In this document: positions 27,732-37,430 of the stretch, piece by piece
How the letters are laid out: every line of letters starts with the position of its first letter
Position numbering within the stretch: the stretch's first letter is position 1
Assembly: GCA_963695555.1 (NCBI GenBank)
Contig: CAVOGR010000002.1
Location: forward strand, 384,001-448,000
DNA from: an uncultured Gemmatimonadales bacterium
GTDB lineage: Bacteria; Gemmatimonadota; Gemmatimonadetes; Gemmatimonadales; GWC2-71-9
Reading direction: 5' to 3'
Length of the DNA stretch: 64,000 nucleotides
Program-made: the position numbers and the translations under genes
The notes under the pieces: generated by a model
Database searches by the model: none
Told to the model about the DNA's origin: nothing
The model's input: only the letters and a program-made list of their open reading frames with translations

Positions 27732-28643
27732 ATGTTCGGGAGAGCTCACATGACCATGCGCACCAGGGGGCGAGAGTCCCCGCTTCTGGTTGCGACCGTG
27801 CTCCGGCCGGGGGAGCGCACGAGGGTGGAGGCAGCGGGGAATGGCTGCTTCGATGTCCTGCACCGCGATTCCGTGTTCGACGCCATCCGGGTGGTCCGGG
27901 AACGCTCGGTCGACGCCGTGCTCCTCTCGGTCCACCGCTGCGACGAGCCGCACGTGAAGGTAGTGGGCAACCTGGTCCGCGACTTTCCTGGTATTCCCAC
28001 GGTCGCGCTGGTCTCCGAGCACGGGTCAGACTCGAGCCAGAGGCTGCTTCACCTTGGAGCTACCGGCGTCCGCCGGGTCGTCGATGTCAGCGCTCCGGGC
28101 GGCTGGCGGCAACTGCGACACCTCGTCGGGCATCCCACCAGCCGGGCCGTGGCCCAAATCCAAGGCCCCGTTCTCTCGGCTCTCGGGCACGCAACGGATG
28201 ACGCGCGGCACTTCTTCGAGGTGCTCATTCAGGTGGCTCCGGAGACGAGTACCGTGCGCAAGCTGTGTCGACGCCTGCACATCAGACCCAGCACCCTCAT
28301 GTCCCGCTTCGCGCGGGCCGGCTTGCCCTCTCCCAAGGGGTTCCTCGCCTCGGTCCGGCTGCTCCACGCCGCCCACCTGTTTGACTCCCCTGGGTTGTCA
28401 GTCGCCGACGTGGTCTATCGGCTGGACTACTCGTCGCCCCAGAGCTTCGGCCGCCACGTCAGGGCATCGCTCGGCATTACGGCCACGGAGTTCCGACGGC
28501 GATTTCCGTTCCGAACGGCCATTGAACGATTCGTCTCTCTGATGATCACGCCGTATGCGCCAGCGTGGCGGGTGTTTCATCCCCTGAGCCCGGCCGGCAC
28601 CTCGGGCCACTGGACCAAGGCGAGTGAGGCGTTAAGTAGGTAG
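27732..28643 (+). CDS. AraC-family regulator with an N-terminal pseudo-receiver
   Basis: C-terminal 'SVADVVYRLDYSSPQSFGRHVR..GITATEFR'; start uncertain (27732/27750/27756). Confidence 0.8.
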   Translation: MFGRAHMTMRTRGRESPLLVATVLRPGERTRVEAAGNGCFDVLHRDSVFDAIRVVRERSVDAVLLSVHRCDEPHVKVVGNLVRDFPGIPTVALVSEHGSDSSQRLLHLGATGVRRVVDVSAPGGWRQLRHLVGHPTSRAVAQIQGPVLSALGHATDDARHFFEVLIQVAPETSTVRKLCRRLHIRPSTLMSRFARAGLPSPKGFLASVRLLHAAHLFDSPGLSVADVVYRLDYSSPQSFGRHVRASLGITATEFRRRFPFRTAIERFVSLMITPYAPAWRVFHPLSPAGTSGHWTKASEALSR

Positions 28644-28778
28644 GTGGGTAGGTGGGTAGTACCTGCTACTACGTTTGTGGCCCTAGCCTTATTCGCGGGG
28701 CTGAGTGGCTGAAGCTTACGAAAATGGTGGTGTTGTAATACGGGTGCCGGGACTGCTGGGCTAGGTTGTTGTGCCGTT

Positions 28779-29333
28779 CTAGTCTGGCTCTAGGCCGAGA
28801 TCTTGTATAGTAGCGATTGCTACTACTTCGTACCCACCGGCCTCGATGGCTTGCCTGCCTCCGGCCAACCGATCGACTAGCCCCAGCACTCCCAGCACCT
28901 CCGCTCCGGCTTCCTCTACCGCGGCGATGGCCCGCCGGGCCGAGGCGCCGCTCGTGATCACGTCTTCCACCACCACCACGCGATCGCGCGGGCTCAAGTT
29001 TCCTTCGACTCGGCGCCGCGTGCCGTGGGCTTTTGGGTCCTTGCGCACAGTGAACGCGTCGACCAACGGCGGTGTGGAGCAGCTTGCGGCGGCAATGGCG
29101 TAGGCCACCGGATCGGCTCCGAGGGTCAGGCCACCAACCGCGTTAGGTGCCCATCCGGCGTTCCGAATAGCTGCCAGACCGAGCTGCCCGATCAGCGCCA
29201 GGCCCTCGGCGGACATGGTGGTGCGACGGGCATCGATGTAGTAGCCGGAGTGTTGGCCGCCGGCGAGGTGGAACTCGCCGTGTTGGACCGATCGTCGAAT
29301 GAGGAGCTCGACCAGGCGCGACCGGTCGCTCAC
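28779..29333 (-). CDS. pyrE: Orotate phosphoribosyltransferase
   Basis: 'GEFHLAGG..S.YYID', 'VRKDPKAHG', PRPP loop 'VVVEDVITSGAS'; GTG start overlaps the kinase stop. Confidence 0.92.
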   Translation of the reverse strand: MSDRSRLVELLIRRSVQHGEFHLAGGQHSGYYIDARRTTMSAEGLALIGQLGLAAIRNAGWAPNAVGGLTLGADPVAYAIAAASCSTPPLVDAFTVRKDPKAHGTRRRVEGNLSPRDRVVVVEDVITSGASARRAIAAVEEAGAEVLGVLGLVDRLAGGRQAIEAGGYEVVAIATIQDLGLEPD

Positions 29334-30229
29334 TGCCCGCCTTTGCGAAAGAGAGCCGACAGGAACCCGTCCTTCTTGGGCTGATCGCTCTCGGCGGCAG
29401 TGCAAAAAGCCTTGGCGAACTCGTCTACCGTTTTGCACCGCTGGGATAATTCGCGCTCGAGGCCGGCCATGACCGCGTTCTCGACTTCCTTCGAAAACTT
29501 GCGGCCCTTGACCGCCTGGTTCAGCGGGGTAGGCGGTTGCGACAGGAGTTGCTGAAAGAGCTCTCGAGGTGTGCGGCCGCTAAAGGGCAGGGTGCCGGTC
29601 AGGAGCGAATACGCAATGGTGGCGAGGCTGTAGACGTCGGCCTGCTCATGCACCAGTTCGCCGCTGAGGGCCTCGGGTGCCACGTACTGGAGGGTCCCGA
29701 CGAAGAATCCTGCACGCGTCAGCCGGTCTTCTGGGCTGAGCTCGGCGTCGCGGGCAATCCCGAAATCCAGCAGTTTGGCCGTCCGCGTTGCCGGGTCGTA
29801 CATGATGTTGGCCGGCTTCAGATCGCGGTGAATGATGCCCGCGCTATGGGCGGTGGAAAGGGCAGCGGCAAGTTGACTGACGATCGTGGCCGTGAGGTCC
29901 AGGCTGAGGGGCCCCGACCGGGTCAGGAACGTCGCCAGGGGCTCCCCGGCGGCCCACTCGAGCGCCAGGTAATGCAGCCCGTCGGCGTCGCCGTAGTCGA
30001 ACGTTCGGACGACGTTGGGATGAACGACGCGCACGCCGTAGTCGGCTTCCCGCAGGAACCGTTTGATGGCCACCGGATCCTGGCGCAGGCGCGGGCGCAG
30101 CACCTTCACGGCTGCCTGCCCCCGCTCGGGGTGCTCCGCGCGGTACACCGTGGCAGTGCCGCCCTCTCCAACCCGTTGGAGCAGGCGGTACCCCGCTATG
30201 ATCCGACCAACCAGGTTTTCGTCGTTCAT
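29330..30229 (-). CDS. Stand-alone cytoplasmic Ser/Thr protein kinase
   Basis: 'VGEGGTATV', 'AVK', 'HRDLKPAN', 'DFG', 'GTLQYVAPE'. Confidence 0.92.
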   Translation of the reverse strand: MNDENLVGRIIAGYRLLQRVGEGGTATVYRAEHPERGQAAVKVLRPRLRQDPVAIKRFLREADYGVRVVHPNVVRTFDYGDADGLHYLALEWAAGEPLATFLTRSGPLSLDLTATIVSQLAAALSTAHSAGIIHRDLKPANIMYDPATRTAKLLDFGIARDAELSPEDRLTRAGFFVGTLQYVAPEALSGELVHEQADVYSLATIAYSLLTGTLPFSGRTPRELFQQLLSQPPTPLNQAVKGRKFSKEVENAVMAGLERELSQRCKTVDEFAKAFCTAAESDQPKKDGFLSALFRKGGQ

Positions 30230-30384
30230 AATGCAGGGCCAAGCTACTCCGTTGTGATACCGGCAGCAACCCGCGCCAGGTGCCCCGATGGGCGTAAGGC
30301 TCGGCTTGACGCCTCTCCGCCCGGGCCGCTAAGCTTGGCGAGGAATCTCCGGCCCCCTAGCCGCCACTCGCTTCCGAGGGAACC

Positions 30385-31728
30385 GTGATCCGTCGAGCAA
30401 CGTTGTTGGTCCTGGCCGCTTTGGTACCGCTTGGGTGCGGCACGTGGCGTCGGGCGGGGTCTCCCGACACACCCGCGAGCCCCCAGGAACAATTCTCCGG
30501 GCTGTTTGACGTTCAGGGAGCCTACCGGCGGATGGGTCGGTTTGCATCCGGTCCGCCCATTCAATTCATCGGCACGATGGCCACCGCGGCCGGCCCTGGA
30601 GATTCGGCAGTGGCTGTGCTCGGATTGTCGTTGGAGAATCGATCCCTGGTGTTTCAGCGAGACGGGGATGGCTTTGTCGCGCGGTACCGTGCCGAGGTCA
30701 CCCTCGAACGCCCTGGCGACCCTCCGATCGAGGTCCGCAGAGAAGAGACCGTGCGGGTCGCGACATTCAAGGAAACGCTTCGGGCGGACGAAAGCATCAT
30801 CTTTCAGCAGAGCTTCCACCTGGTCCCGGGGGACTATCATATCGTGATCTCCATTCGCGATCTGGCGGCCCCATCACGGAGCGCGACGGAAGGCGACTTC
30901 ACCGTGCGCACCTTTGCGCCCGGCACCACGTCGGAGCCGATAATCGTGTACCAGGTTACCGGACGGGCTTCGCGAAGCGACCCGCTCGCAGTGCTGCTCA
31001 ACGCGCGTGGGTCTGTTGCCTACGGCGGCGACACCCTGTTGGCTTACGTGGAGGGATACGATTTTACCCAGCCGACCCTGGTCCCGTACGAGGTCCGGGA
31101 CCGGGAGGACAGCGTCGTCTTCCGGGATTCACTCCGCTTCGCGGGCGGGCAGGCAATCGAAGGCCAGGTGATCCGTCTGGCGCCCGACAGCCAGCCGCTC
31201 GGAGAACTGACGATACAGGTCGGCACGTCGCCCAACGAGCGTTCGGCGATGGCCCTCGTGTCATTCTCGGAGGCCTGGATCGTGACCAACTTCGAGGACA
31301 TGATCGACCTCCTGCGGTACTTCGGCCAAGATCAGAAGCTCAGTGCCCTCAAGAACGCCCCGGAGGCGGAGCGACCGGGGCTGTGGCAGGAGTTTTATCG
31401 CGACACCGATCCCAACAAGATCACGCCGGAGAACGAGGCGTTGGACGCGTACCTCCAGCGTGTTGCAATGGCCAATCTTCGCTTCCGGGGAGAGGATCGT
31501 CCGGGGTGGCGTACCGACCGGGGCGAAGTGTTCATCACGCTTGGCGACCCCGACGACACCTTCGACGCGAGCCCGACCAGCCAGGGTCGCATCATTCGCT
31601 GGACCTTCACCAGCCTGCGCCTCACCGTGTACTTCGAAGATGCTAGTGGGTTCGGGCGGTTCCGGCTGACCCCCGCCTCGCGCGCCCAGTACGAGAACGT
31701 GCTGAACCGGGTTCGGCGCTCGCAGTAG
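30385..31728 (+). CDS. GWxTD domain lipoprotein
   Basis: Lipobox 'PLGC'; 'NEALDAY..RV..AN..F..GWRTDRG..LGDPD'; TTGACG-18-TAAGCT promoter upstream. Confidence 0.85.
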   Translation: MIRRATLLVLAALVPLGCGTWRRAGSPDTPASPQEQFSGLFDVQGAYRRMGRFASGPPIQFIGTMATAAGPGDSAVAVLGLSLENRSLVFQRDGDGFVARYRAEVTLERPGDPPIEVRREETVRVATFKETLRADESIIFQQSFHLVPGDYHIVISIRDLAAPSRSATEGDFTVRTFAPGTTSEPIIVYQVTGRASRSDPLAVLLNARGSVAYGGDTLLAYVEGYDFTQPTLVPYEVRDREDSVVFRDSLRFAGGQAIEGQVIRLAPDSQPLGELTIQVGTSPNERSAMALVSFSEAWIVTNFEDMIDLLRYFGQDQKLSALKNAPEAERPGLWQEFYRDTDPNKITPENEALDAYLQRVAMANLRFRGEDRPGWRTDRGEVFITLGDPDDTFDASPTSQGRIIRWTFTSLRLTVYFEDASGFGRFRLTPASRAQYENVLNRVRRSQ

Positions 31729-31808
31729 CACCGGCCCGTTTCTCGGTTCCTCTAGGCGCCCGGCCCGTTGCCGGGCCGCTCACTTCTTCCCGGATCCTGC
31801 CGGTCCCG

Positions 31809-34583
31809 ATGCCCCATCACGATCCGCCACAACTCTTTCTAGTAGACGGATACGCCCTGGTGTATCGCGCGTTCTTCGCGATGATCGCCCGCCCGTTGCG
31901 CACGTCGAAAGGAGCAAATACGTCGGCGGCCTGGGGGGTCGCCAATTTCCTGCTCCGCTTACGCGAGCGCTATCGTCCCGACTACCTGGCCTGGATCCAT
32001 GACGCCGGCGACTCTTTTCGGACCGAGCAGTACGCCGAGTACAAATCGACCCGCGAGAAGTTGGACGACGAGCTCCAGGCCGACTTCGACCAAGCAATCG
32101 AGCACGTGCAGGCCCTCCTGGCCGCCTTTCGTGTGCCACTTGTCGAGGTCCCGGGGTACGAAGCCGACGACGTCATCGGGACGTTGGCGCTCGAGGCCGC
32201 GAACGAAGGGCTTCAGGTCGTCATCGTCTCTGGCGATAAGGACTTCTACCAGCTCATCCGGCCGCGGATAGCGTTGCTCAATCCCGGACGCGGCGGCCCG
32301 GCCGCCGTCGACGAGCAGTGGGTCGATGAAGCAAACGCGGCAGAGCGGCTGGGCGTGCCACCGCGCCAAGTGGTCGATTATCTGGCCCTGGTGGGAGACA
32401 GCTCGGACAATGTGCCCGGAGTCAAGGGCATTGGTGACAAGGGTGCCCGCGAGCTGCTGGGCAAATACGACGACATCGAGGCTCTCCTGGCACATGCGGG
32501 GGACATCACCAAGAAGCGACAGCGGGAGGCTCTCCAGTCACAGGGGGAAAACGCCCGGCTCTCACGCGACCTGGTGACGATACGGCGTGACGTGCCGGTC
32601 GACCTGACCCTGGAGCAATTCCAGACCGAAGAACCCGACATCCAGGCCCTGACCAGCGTGTTGGCGGAGCTCGAGTTCTTCGCCCTGGCGCAGAAGCTCG
32701 GACTCGAGCGCGATACCCCATCGCTTCAGGGGCCGGAGCAGCCGGCGACGGGCCGGGTCGAGCTGATCACCACGGCGGAAGGCTTGTCCACGGTGGTCGC
32801 CAGGCTCCGGAGCGTCCCGCTGGTGGCGCTCGACGTGCAAGGCAGTGCGGCGGCTCTCCGCGACGGGACGGTGGTGGGCATCGGGCTCGCGGCCTCGTCC
32901 GAAGAGGCGTGGTACCTGCCGTTCGGTCACGAGCCGGCGGCCGGCGAGTTAGCCGCTCCGGCTGACGTGGTCAACCTGCCGCCCCTCACCGATCCCTCCT
33001 GCCAAGCACTCAGCGAGCTCCTTCGCGATCCTGCGGTCCACAAGGCCGGCCATGACATCAAACGCGCTTGGCAGATCCTGCGACACGCCGGCATTGAACT
33101 CGCGGGTGTCACCTTCGACCCGATGATCGCCAGCTTCGTCCTCGACCCTGGGCGGCGCTCCCACGCCATCGAGAACCTGAGTCTCGAGCACCTGGCCCAC
33201 GCACTCCCGAGCTACGAGGATGTCGTGGGCAAAGGCAAGAACGCCCAAGGTTTTCCCGCCATCGCACCGTCGGTGGCGGGCGACTACAGCGGCACCCGCA
33301 GCATGACGGTTCTGGCGCTCCAGGCCGTCTTCCAACCGTTCTTGGAGCGCATGGCTGCGGAGCCCCTGTTTGGCGGCATCGAGATGCCGCTGATCGAGGT
33401 GCTGGTCGACATGGAGTGGCGGGGCATCGCCATCGACGCGGAGGTGTTTGCGCGGCTCGCGCGAGAATTCCGAGAGGAACTGAGCACTCTCGTTCGACAG
33501 ATCCATGCCGCGGCGGGGGAGGAATTCAACCTGAACTCGCCCAAGCAACTCGGGGCCGTGCTGTTCGAGAAGCTACAACTGCCCGTGCTCAAGAAGACGA
33601 AGACCGGGGTGTCGACAGATGCGGATGTCCTCGCACAGCTTGCCGCGATGGGTCACGAGGTACCCCACCTGATCTTAGAGCACCGGGAACTCCAGAAACT
33701 GCTGTCGACGTACGTTGATGTGCTGCCAGGCGCGGTCAACCCCCGGACGGGTCGCATTCACACCACGTTCAACCAAACGGGGGCCGCCACAGGGCGGCTG
33801 TCCTCCTCCGACCCCAACCTTCAAAACATTCCCGTGCGGAGCCCGCGGGGCGAAGCAATCCGCCGCGGCTTCGTGCCAGGGCCGGAGTGGGTGTTCGTGG
33901 TGGCGGATTATTCGCAGATCGAGCTTCGCCTGATGGCACACATGTCGGAAGACCCGGCGTTCATTGCGGCGTTTTGCCGGGGCGGGGACATCCACCGGGA
34001 GACCGCGGCCATCATCTTCGATGTACCCGCCCCAGAAGTGACCAGCGAGATGCGGGCCCGAGCCAAGACCATCAACTTCGCCACGATCTATGGCCAGGGT
34101 CCCTTTGCCTTGGCGAAGCAATTGGACATCCTGCAACAGGACGCGAAAGAATTCATTGCGGCCTACTTCGAGCGGTTCGCGGGAGTGCGCGCGTTCTTGG
34201 ACCGTCAGGTCGATTACGCCCGCGACCAGGGCTACGTCGAAACCCTGTTCGGACGCCGCCGCTACATCCCGGAAATCAAGGACAAGAACTTCAACACCCG
34301 GGCCTTCGGTGAGCGCACGGCGCAAAACTCTCCCCTCCAAGGCTCGGCGGCGGACCTCATCAAGCGGGCAATGATCAGCATCCACCAGGGGCTCCGCGGG
34401 CAAGGGCTCGAGGCGCAAATGTTGCTTCAAGTCCACGACGAGCTGGTGTTCGAAGCACCGCTGGCCGAGGTGGACGCCGTGCGGGACCTGGTCAAGCGCG
34501 AGATGGAATCGGCGGCGGACCTCCTAGTCCCGCTGGTGGCCGACGTCGGGGTGGGCCCCAACTGGCTTGACGCCAAAGCGTAA
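31809..34583 (+). CDS. polA: DNA polymerase I
   Basis: 5'-3' exonuclease 'EADDVIG', 'GDSSDNVPGV'; polymerase motifs 'DYSQIELR', 'KTINFATIYG', 'QVHDEL'. Confidence 0.97.
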   Translation: MPHHDPPQLFLVDGYALVYRAFFAMIARPLRTSKGANTSAAWGVANFLLRLRERYRPDYLAWIHDAGDSFRTEQYAEYKSTREKLDDELQADFDQAIEHVQALLAAFRVPLVEVPGYEADDVIGTLALEAANEGLQVVIVSGDKDFYQLIRPRIALLNPGRGGPAAVDEQWVDEANAAERLGVPPRQVVDYLALVGDSSDNVPGVKGIGDKGARELLGKYDDIEALLAHAGDITKKRQREALQSQGENARLSRDLVTIRRDVPVDLTLEQFQTEEPDIQALTSVLAELEFFALAQKLGLERDTPSLQGPEQPATGRVELITTAEGLSTVVARLRSVPLVALDVQGSAAALRDGTVVGIGLAASSEEAWYLPFGHEPAAGELAAPADVVNLPPLTDPSCQALSELLRDPAVHKAGHDIKRAWQILRHAGIELAGVTFDPMIASFVLDPGRRSHAIENLSLEHLAHALPSYEDVVGKGKNAQGFPAIAPSVAGDYSGTRSMTVLALQAVFQPFLERMAAEPLFGGIEMPLIEVLVDMEWRGIAIDAEVFARLAREFREELSTLVRQIHAAAGEEFNLNSPKQLGAVLFEKLQLPVLKKTKTGVSTDADVLAQLAAMGHEVPHLILEHRELQKLLSTYVDVLPGAVNPRTGRIHTTFNQTGAATGRLSSSDPNLQNIPVRSPRGEAIRRGFVPGPEWVFVVADYSQIELRLMAHMSEDPAFIAAFCRGGDIHRETAAIIFDVPAPEVTSEMRARAKTINFATIYGQGPFALAKQLDILQQDAKEFIAAYFERFAGVRAFLDRQVDYARDQGYVETLFGRRRYIPEIKDKNFNTRAFGERTAQNSPLQGSAADLIKRAMISIHQGLRGQGLEAQMLLQVHDELVFEAPLAEVDAVRDLVKREMESAADLLVPLVADVGVGPNWLDAKA

Positions 34584-34603
34584 CCGGCCCGGCCCCGCAC
34601 GAG

Positions 34604-34619
34604 TGGCCAAATCCTTGCA
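34604..34619 (+). promoter_or_regulatory. Putative sigma-54 promoter
   Basis: TGGCCAAATCCTTGCA (GG-N10-GC) upstream of the matrixin gene. Confidence 0.5.
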
Positions 34620-34682
34620 GGAGAAGCCATCTCCGGAGCGGGTCGCACGAGCGTGGCCCGTTCTCAGATCCTGGCGGGGGCC

Positions 34683-35429
34683 ATGTATCGGGTATTTCTC
34701 GCACTCTTGAGCGTATTAGCGGCGCTGGTGGTGTTCGATGCCGTGCGGCCGGGCCACGTCGGCGATCAGGCCCAGTCTCGCGAAGTGCCCGGCCACAGGG
34801 CCGTGACCCAGGCCGCCACCGCTGGCTCCGACCGGGATCCCGCTCCGGTTCGCGAAGCGACCCGTCGACGATTGAGAGACGCCGCGCCTCGCACCTACCT
34901 CGACTCCCTCCTCTTGGGTACCGATTCGCTCATTCGGCGCTGGGATCTCAGCCAGGGGCGCGCTCTGCGCACGGCGGTGCTCGAGGGCGGGGCACCGGAA
35001 TACACTCCTCGGCTCGAGAACATGATCCGTGAGGCGGCCGCACGATGGGAACGTGAAGGCCTGGGGTTCTACTTCGGTTTCGGCGCCGACACCGCTGATG
35101 CTGACATCGTCATTCGCTGGCAATCGCGCCTGGAGGCGGAAGATCGTGCCGGCCAAACCGACCTGGTGTGGGATCGGCTTGGCCACATTCGCCGGGCCGG
35201 AATTACGCTGGCACTCCGGAATACGGCCGGCGAGCTCTTGCCGGATGATGCGCTCCGGGCCGTTGCGGTCCACGAGATCGGCCATGCGATCGGGCTGCCG
35301 CACTCCGATGACGCCGAGGACGTGATGTTCCCTCGGGCGCGACGCGACGCGATCTCTCCACGGGATCGGCGGACTGCTTACCTTCTATATCAACTACCTC
35401 CGGGCTCCGTCAAAGAAGGCGAGTTTTAG
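34683..35429 (+). CDS. Matrixin/M10-family metalloprotease
   Basis: 'HEIGHAIGLPHS' plus Met-turn 'DVMFP'; N-terminal TM/signal segment. Confidence 0.85.
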   Translation: MYRVFLALLSVLAALVVFDAVRPGHVGDQAQSREVPGHRAVTQAATAGSDRDPAPVREATRRRLRDAAPRTYLDSLLLGTDSLIRRWDLSQGRALRTAVLEGGAPEYTPRLENMIREAAARWEREGLGFYFGFGADTADADIVIRWQSRLEAEDRAGQTDLVWDRLGHIRRAGITLALRNTAGELLPDDALRAVAVHEIGHAIGLPHSDDAEDVMFPRARRDAISPRDRRTAYLLYQLPPGSVKEGEF

Positions 35430-35516
35430 CCGAGCTCTGGAATACCGCACCACTTCCCGAGCCGCCCAGGCAACGTGTCACTGCCGTGGGGGGCCAGAAG
35501 CTTTTCGGAATGGTCG

Positions 35517-36692
35517 ATGACCCATCGCGTACTCCTCGCGGGACTAGTCACGTTGGCCCTCGGAGCGGCGGCCGCAGAGGCACAGACTGCTTCTCCCTTC
35601 GATCATATCGAGGCCGTGGTGGAGCGCGGCATTATGCGTGGGGTCTACCCCGGCGCGGTGGTCGTGATCGGTCGCGCCGATCGCGTCCTCTACGCCCGCG
35701 GTTTCGGGCACCACACATGGAACCCGAACTCATTGACTCCGAGCCCCGACACCTCGCTCTGGGACATTGCCTCTATCAGCAAAGTGGTGGGCACGACGAG
35801 CGCCATCATGATCCTGGTCGAGCGCGGTCAAGTTCAGCTGGACGCTCCGGTGTCGCGCTACCTGCCGAGGTTTCGCGGGCCCACCAAGGAAGACGTCACC
35901 GTCCGGATGCTGCTGGACCACACCAGTGGGTTGCCGAGCTACGTTCAGTTTTTCAAGCTGACCAAAGAGCGGGATCGTGCGATCGAACTCTTGTACCAGG
36001 AGCCGCTTCGGCGGCGGCCAGGCTCTGAGGCGGTCTACAGCGACCTCAATGCCCTCCTCCTCGGGCTGTTGGTCGAAGCCGTGTCAGGTGAAACACTCGA
36101 CGCATTCGTATCGCGGGAGGTGTTTCACCCGCTTGGCATGACCAGCACGCGCTACCGCCCGACGGGAACGGACCGGAAGCGGGCCGTGCCCACGGGCCAG
36201 TGGCGCGGCCATCCCGTTGGGGGCGAGGTCAACGACCAGAACGCGGTCGTGTTTGGAGGCGCCGCGGGTCATGCCGGCGTCTTTTCGACCGGAATCGACT
36301 TGGCACGGTTTGCCCAGATGTGGCTCAACGAAGGACGGACACCGGGCGGTCGGTTCCTGCAGGCAGAAACCCTGCGGCAGTTTCTCGCCCGCCGCCAAGA
36401 AGCCGGGAGCCGTCTGCTCGGCTGGGATACCCCGGAACACGTGCCGAACCGCCTCTCGGTGTTCGGAAACCTCCTGAGCGAGCAAGCCTATGGCCACACC
36501 GGCTGGACCGGCACCAAGATGTGGATCGACCCGGGCCGCGATCTCTTTCTCATCTTTCTGACGAACCGGAGTTTTCACCCCAAGGTGCGCGGTTCGATCT
36601 CCGAGCTCCGTGCCGTTCGCTCGCAACTCTCCGATGCGGTCGTACGGGCGGTGCCGGGCGCTTGTGAAGCGGTGGCATATTCCGAATGCTGA
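35517..36692 (+). CDS. Serine hydrolase, beta-lactamase/PBP-like family
   Basis: SxxK 'SISK', 'LLDHTSGL', 'YSD', 'GHTGWTG'; signal peptide. Confidence 0.9.
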   Translation: MTHRVLLAGLVTLALGAAAAEAQTASPFDHIEAVVERGIMRGVYPGAVVVIGRADRVLYARGFGHHTWNPNSLTPSPDTSLWDIASISKVVGTTSAIMILVERGQVQLDAPVSRYLPRFRGPTKEDVTVRMLLDHTSGLPSYVQFFKLTKERDRAIELLYQEPLRRRPGSEAVYSDLNALLLGLLVEAVSGETLDAFVSREVFHPLGMTSTRYRPTGTDRKRAVPTGQWRGHPVGGEVNDQNAVVFGGAAGHAGVFSTGIDLARFAQMWLNEGRTPGGRFLQAETLRQFLARRQEAGSRLLGWDTPEHVPNRLSVFGNLLSEQAYGHTGWTGTKMWIDPGRDLFLIFLTNRSFHPKVRGSISELRAVRSQLSDAVVRAVPGACEAVAYSEC

Positions 36693-37060
36693 CCCAGCCG
36701 GTACTCCTGTATGACGCCGACTGCGGATTCTGCCGCAAGTGGATCGCCCGCCTGGCACGGTGGGACACGCAGAAACGGATCCGGTGCGTTCCGGCCGCCG
36801 AGCGTGCCGGGGTCCCGGGCCTCCCGCCGCTCTCCGATACGGCACTTGCGCGGGCCATGCACCTGGTTACTCCCGACGGCCAGGTGCACGCCGGAGGCCT
36901 CGCGTTGCGGGCCATGTTGCCCTACCTGCCGGGAGGCACGTGGCTCAGGCCGGTGTTCTCCATTCCAGGGGTCCAACTCGTGACCAACCGGGTATACACA
37001 TGGGTGGCGGAGCACCGTCACGGCTTGGGGTCTGACGGCGCGGCATGCGATACGCGTTGA
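36686..37060 (+). CDS. DCC1/DUF393 thiol-disulfide oxidoreductase
   Basis: 'LYDADCGFC' DxxCxxC motif; 'Y.WVAEHR'. Confidence 0.88.
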   Translation: MLTQPVLLYDADCGFCRKWIARLARWDTQKRIRCVPAAERAGVPGLPPLSDTALARAMHLVTPDGQVHAGGLALRAMLPYLPGGTWLRPVFSIPGVQLVTNRVYTWVAEHRHGLGSDGAACDTR

Positions 37061-37106
37061 CCGCGTTGCGGGCAGGTCGGTAGCTTAGTGGGACGGGGGA
37101 ACTGCC

Positions 37107-37406
37107 ATGCCAACGATGGAAACCATACGCAAGGCGTTGCGATCGGTTCGTGATCCAGAACTCAACCTGAACGTCGTCGACCTGGGGCTCATCTACGATA
37201 TCGTACTGGACGAGGAGACCAACGTCCGCGTCGTGATGACGCTGACCTCGCCCGGCTGTCCAGCCGGCGAGGAAATCACTCGCGATGTCCGTGACACCGT
37301 GCAGAACCTGGACGGCGTGGGGAAAGTCGACGTCGACATCGTCTGGGAGCCCTACTGGACGCCGGAACGGATCGACCCGCGGGTGCGTGCCTTCCTTGGT
37401 ATGTGA
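37107..37406 (+). CDS. DUF59/SufT-like Fe-S cluster assembly factor
   Basis: 'DPELNLNVVDLGLIY', 'MTLTSPGCP', 'WEPYWTPE'. Confidence 0.9.
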   Translation: MPTMETIRKALRSVRDPELNLNVVDLGLIYDIVLDEETNVRVVMTLTSPGCPAGEEITRDVRDTVQNLDGVGKVDVDIVWEPYWTPERIDPRVRAFLGM

Positions 37407-37430
37407 CCAACCCGCTCGACCTGCTCGCGG

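Noticed and set aside
28634..28660. TAGGTGGG short tandem repeat as a CRISPR or mobile-element end
   Set aside because: Only about two units, with no spacers and no cas or transposase genes; kept only as part of the TAG-rich finding
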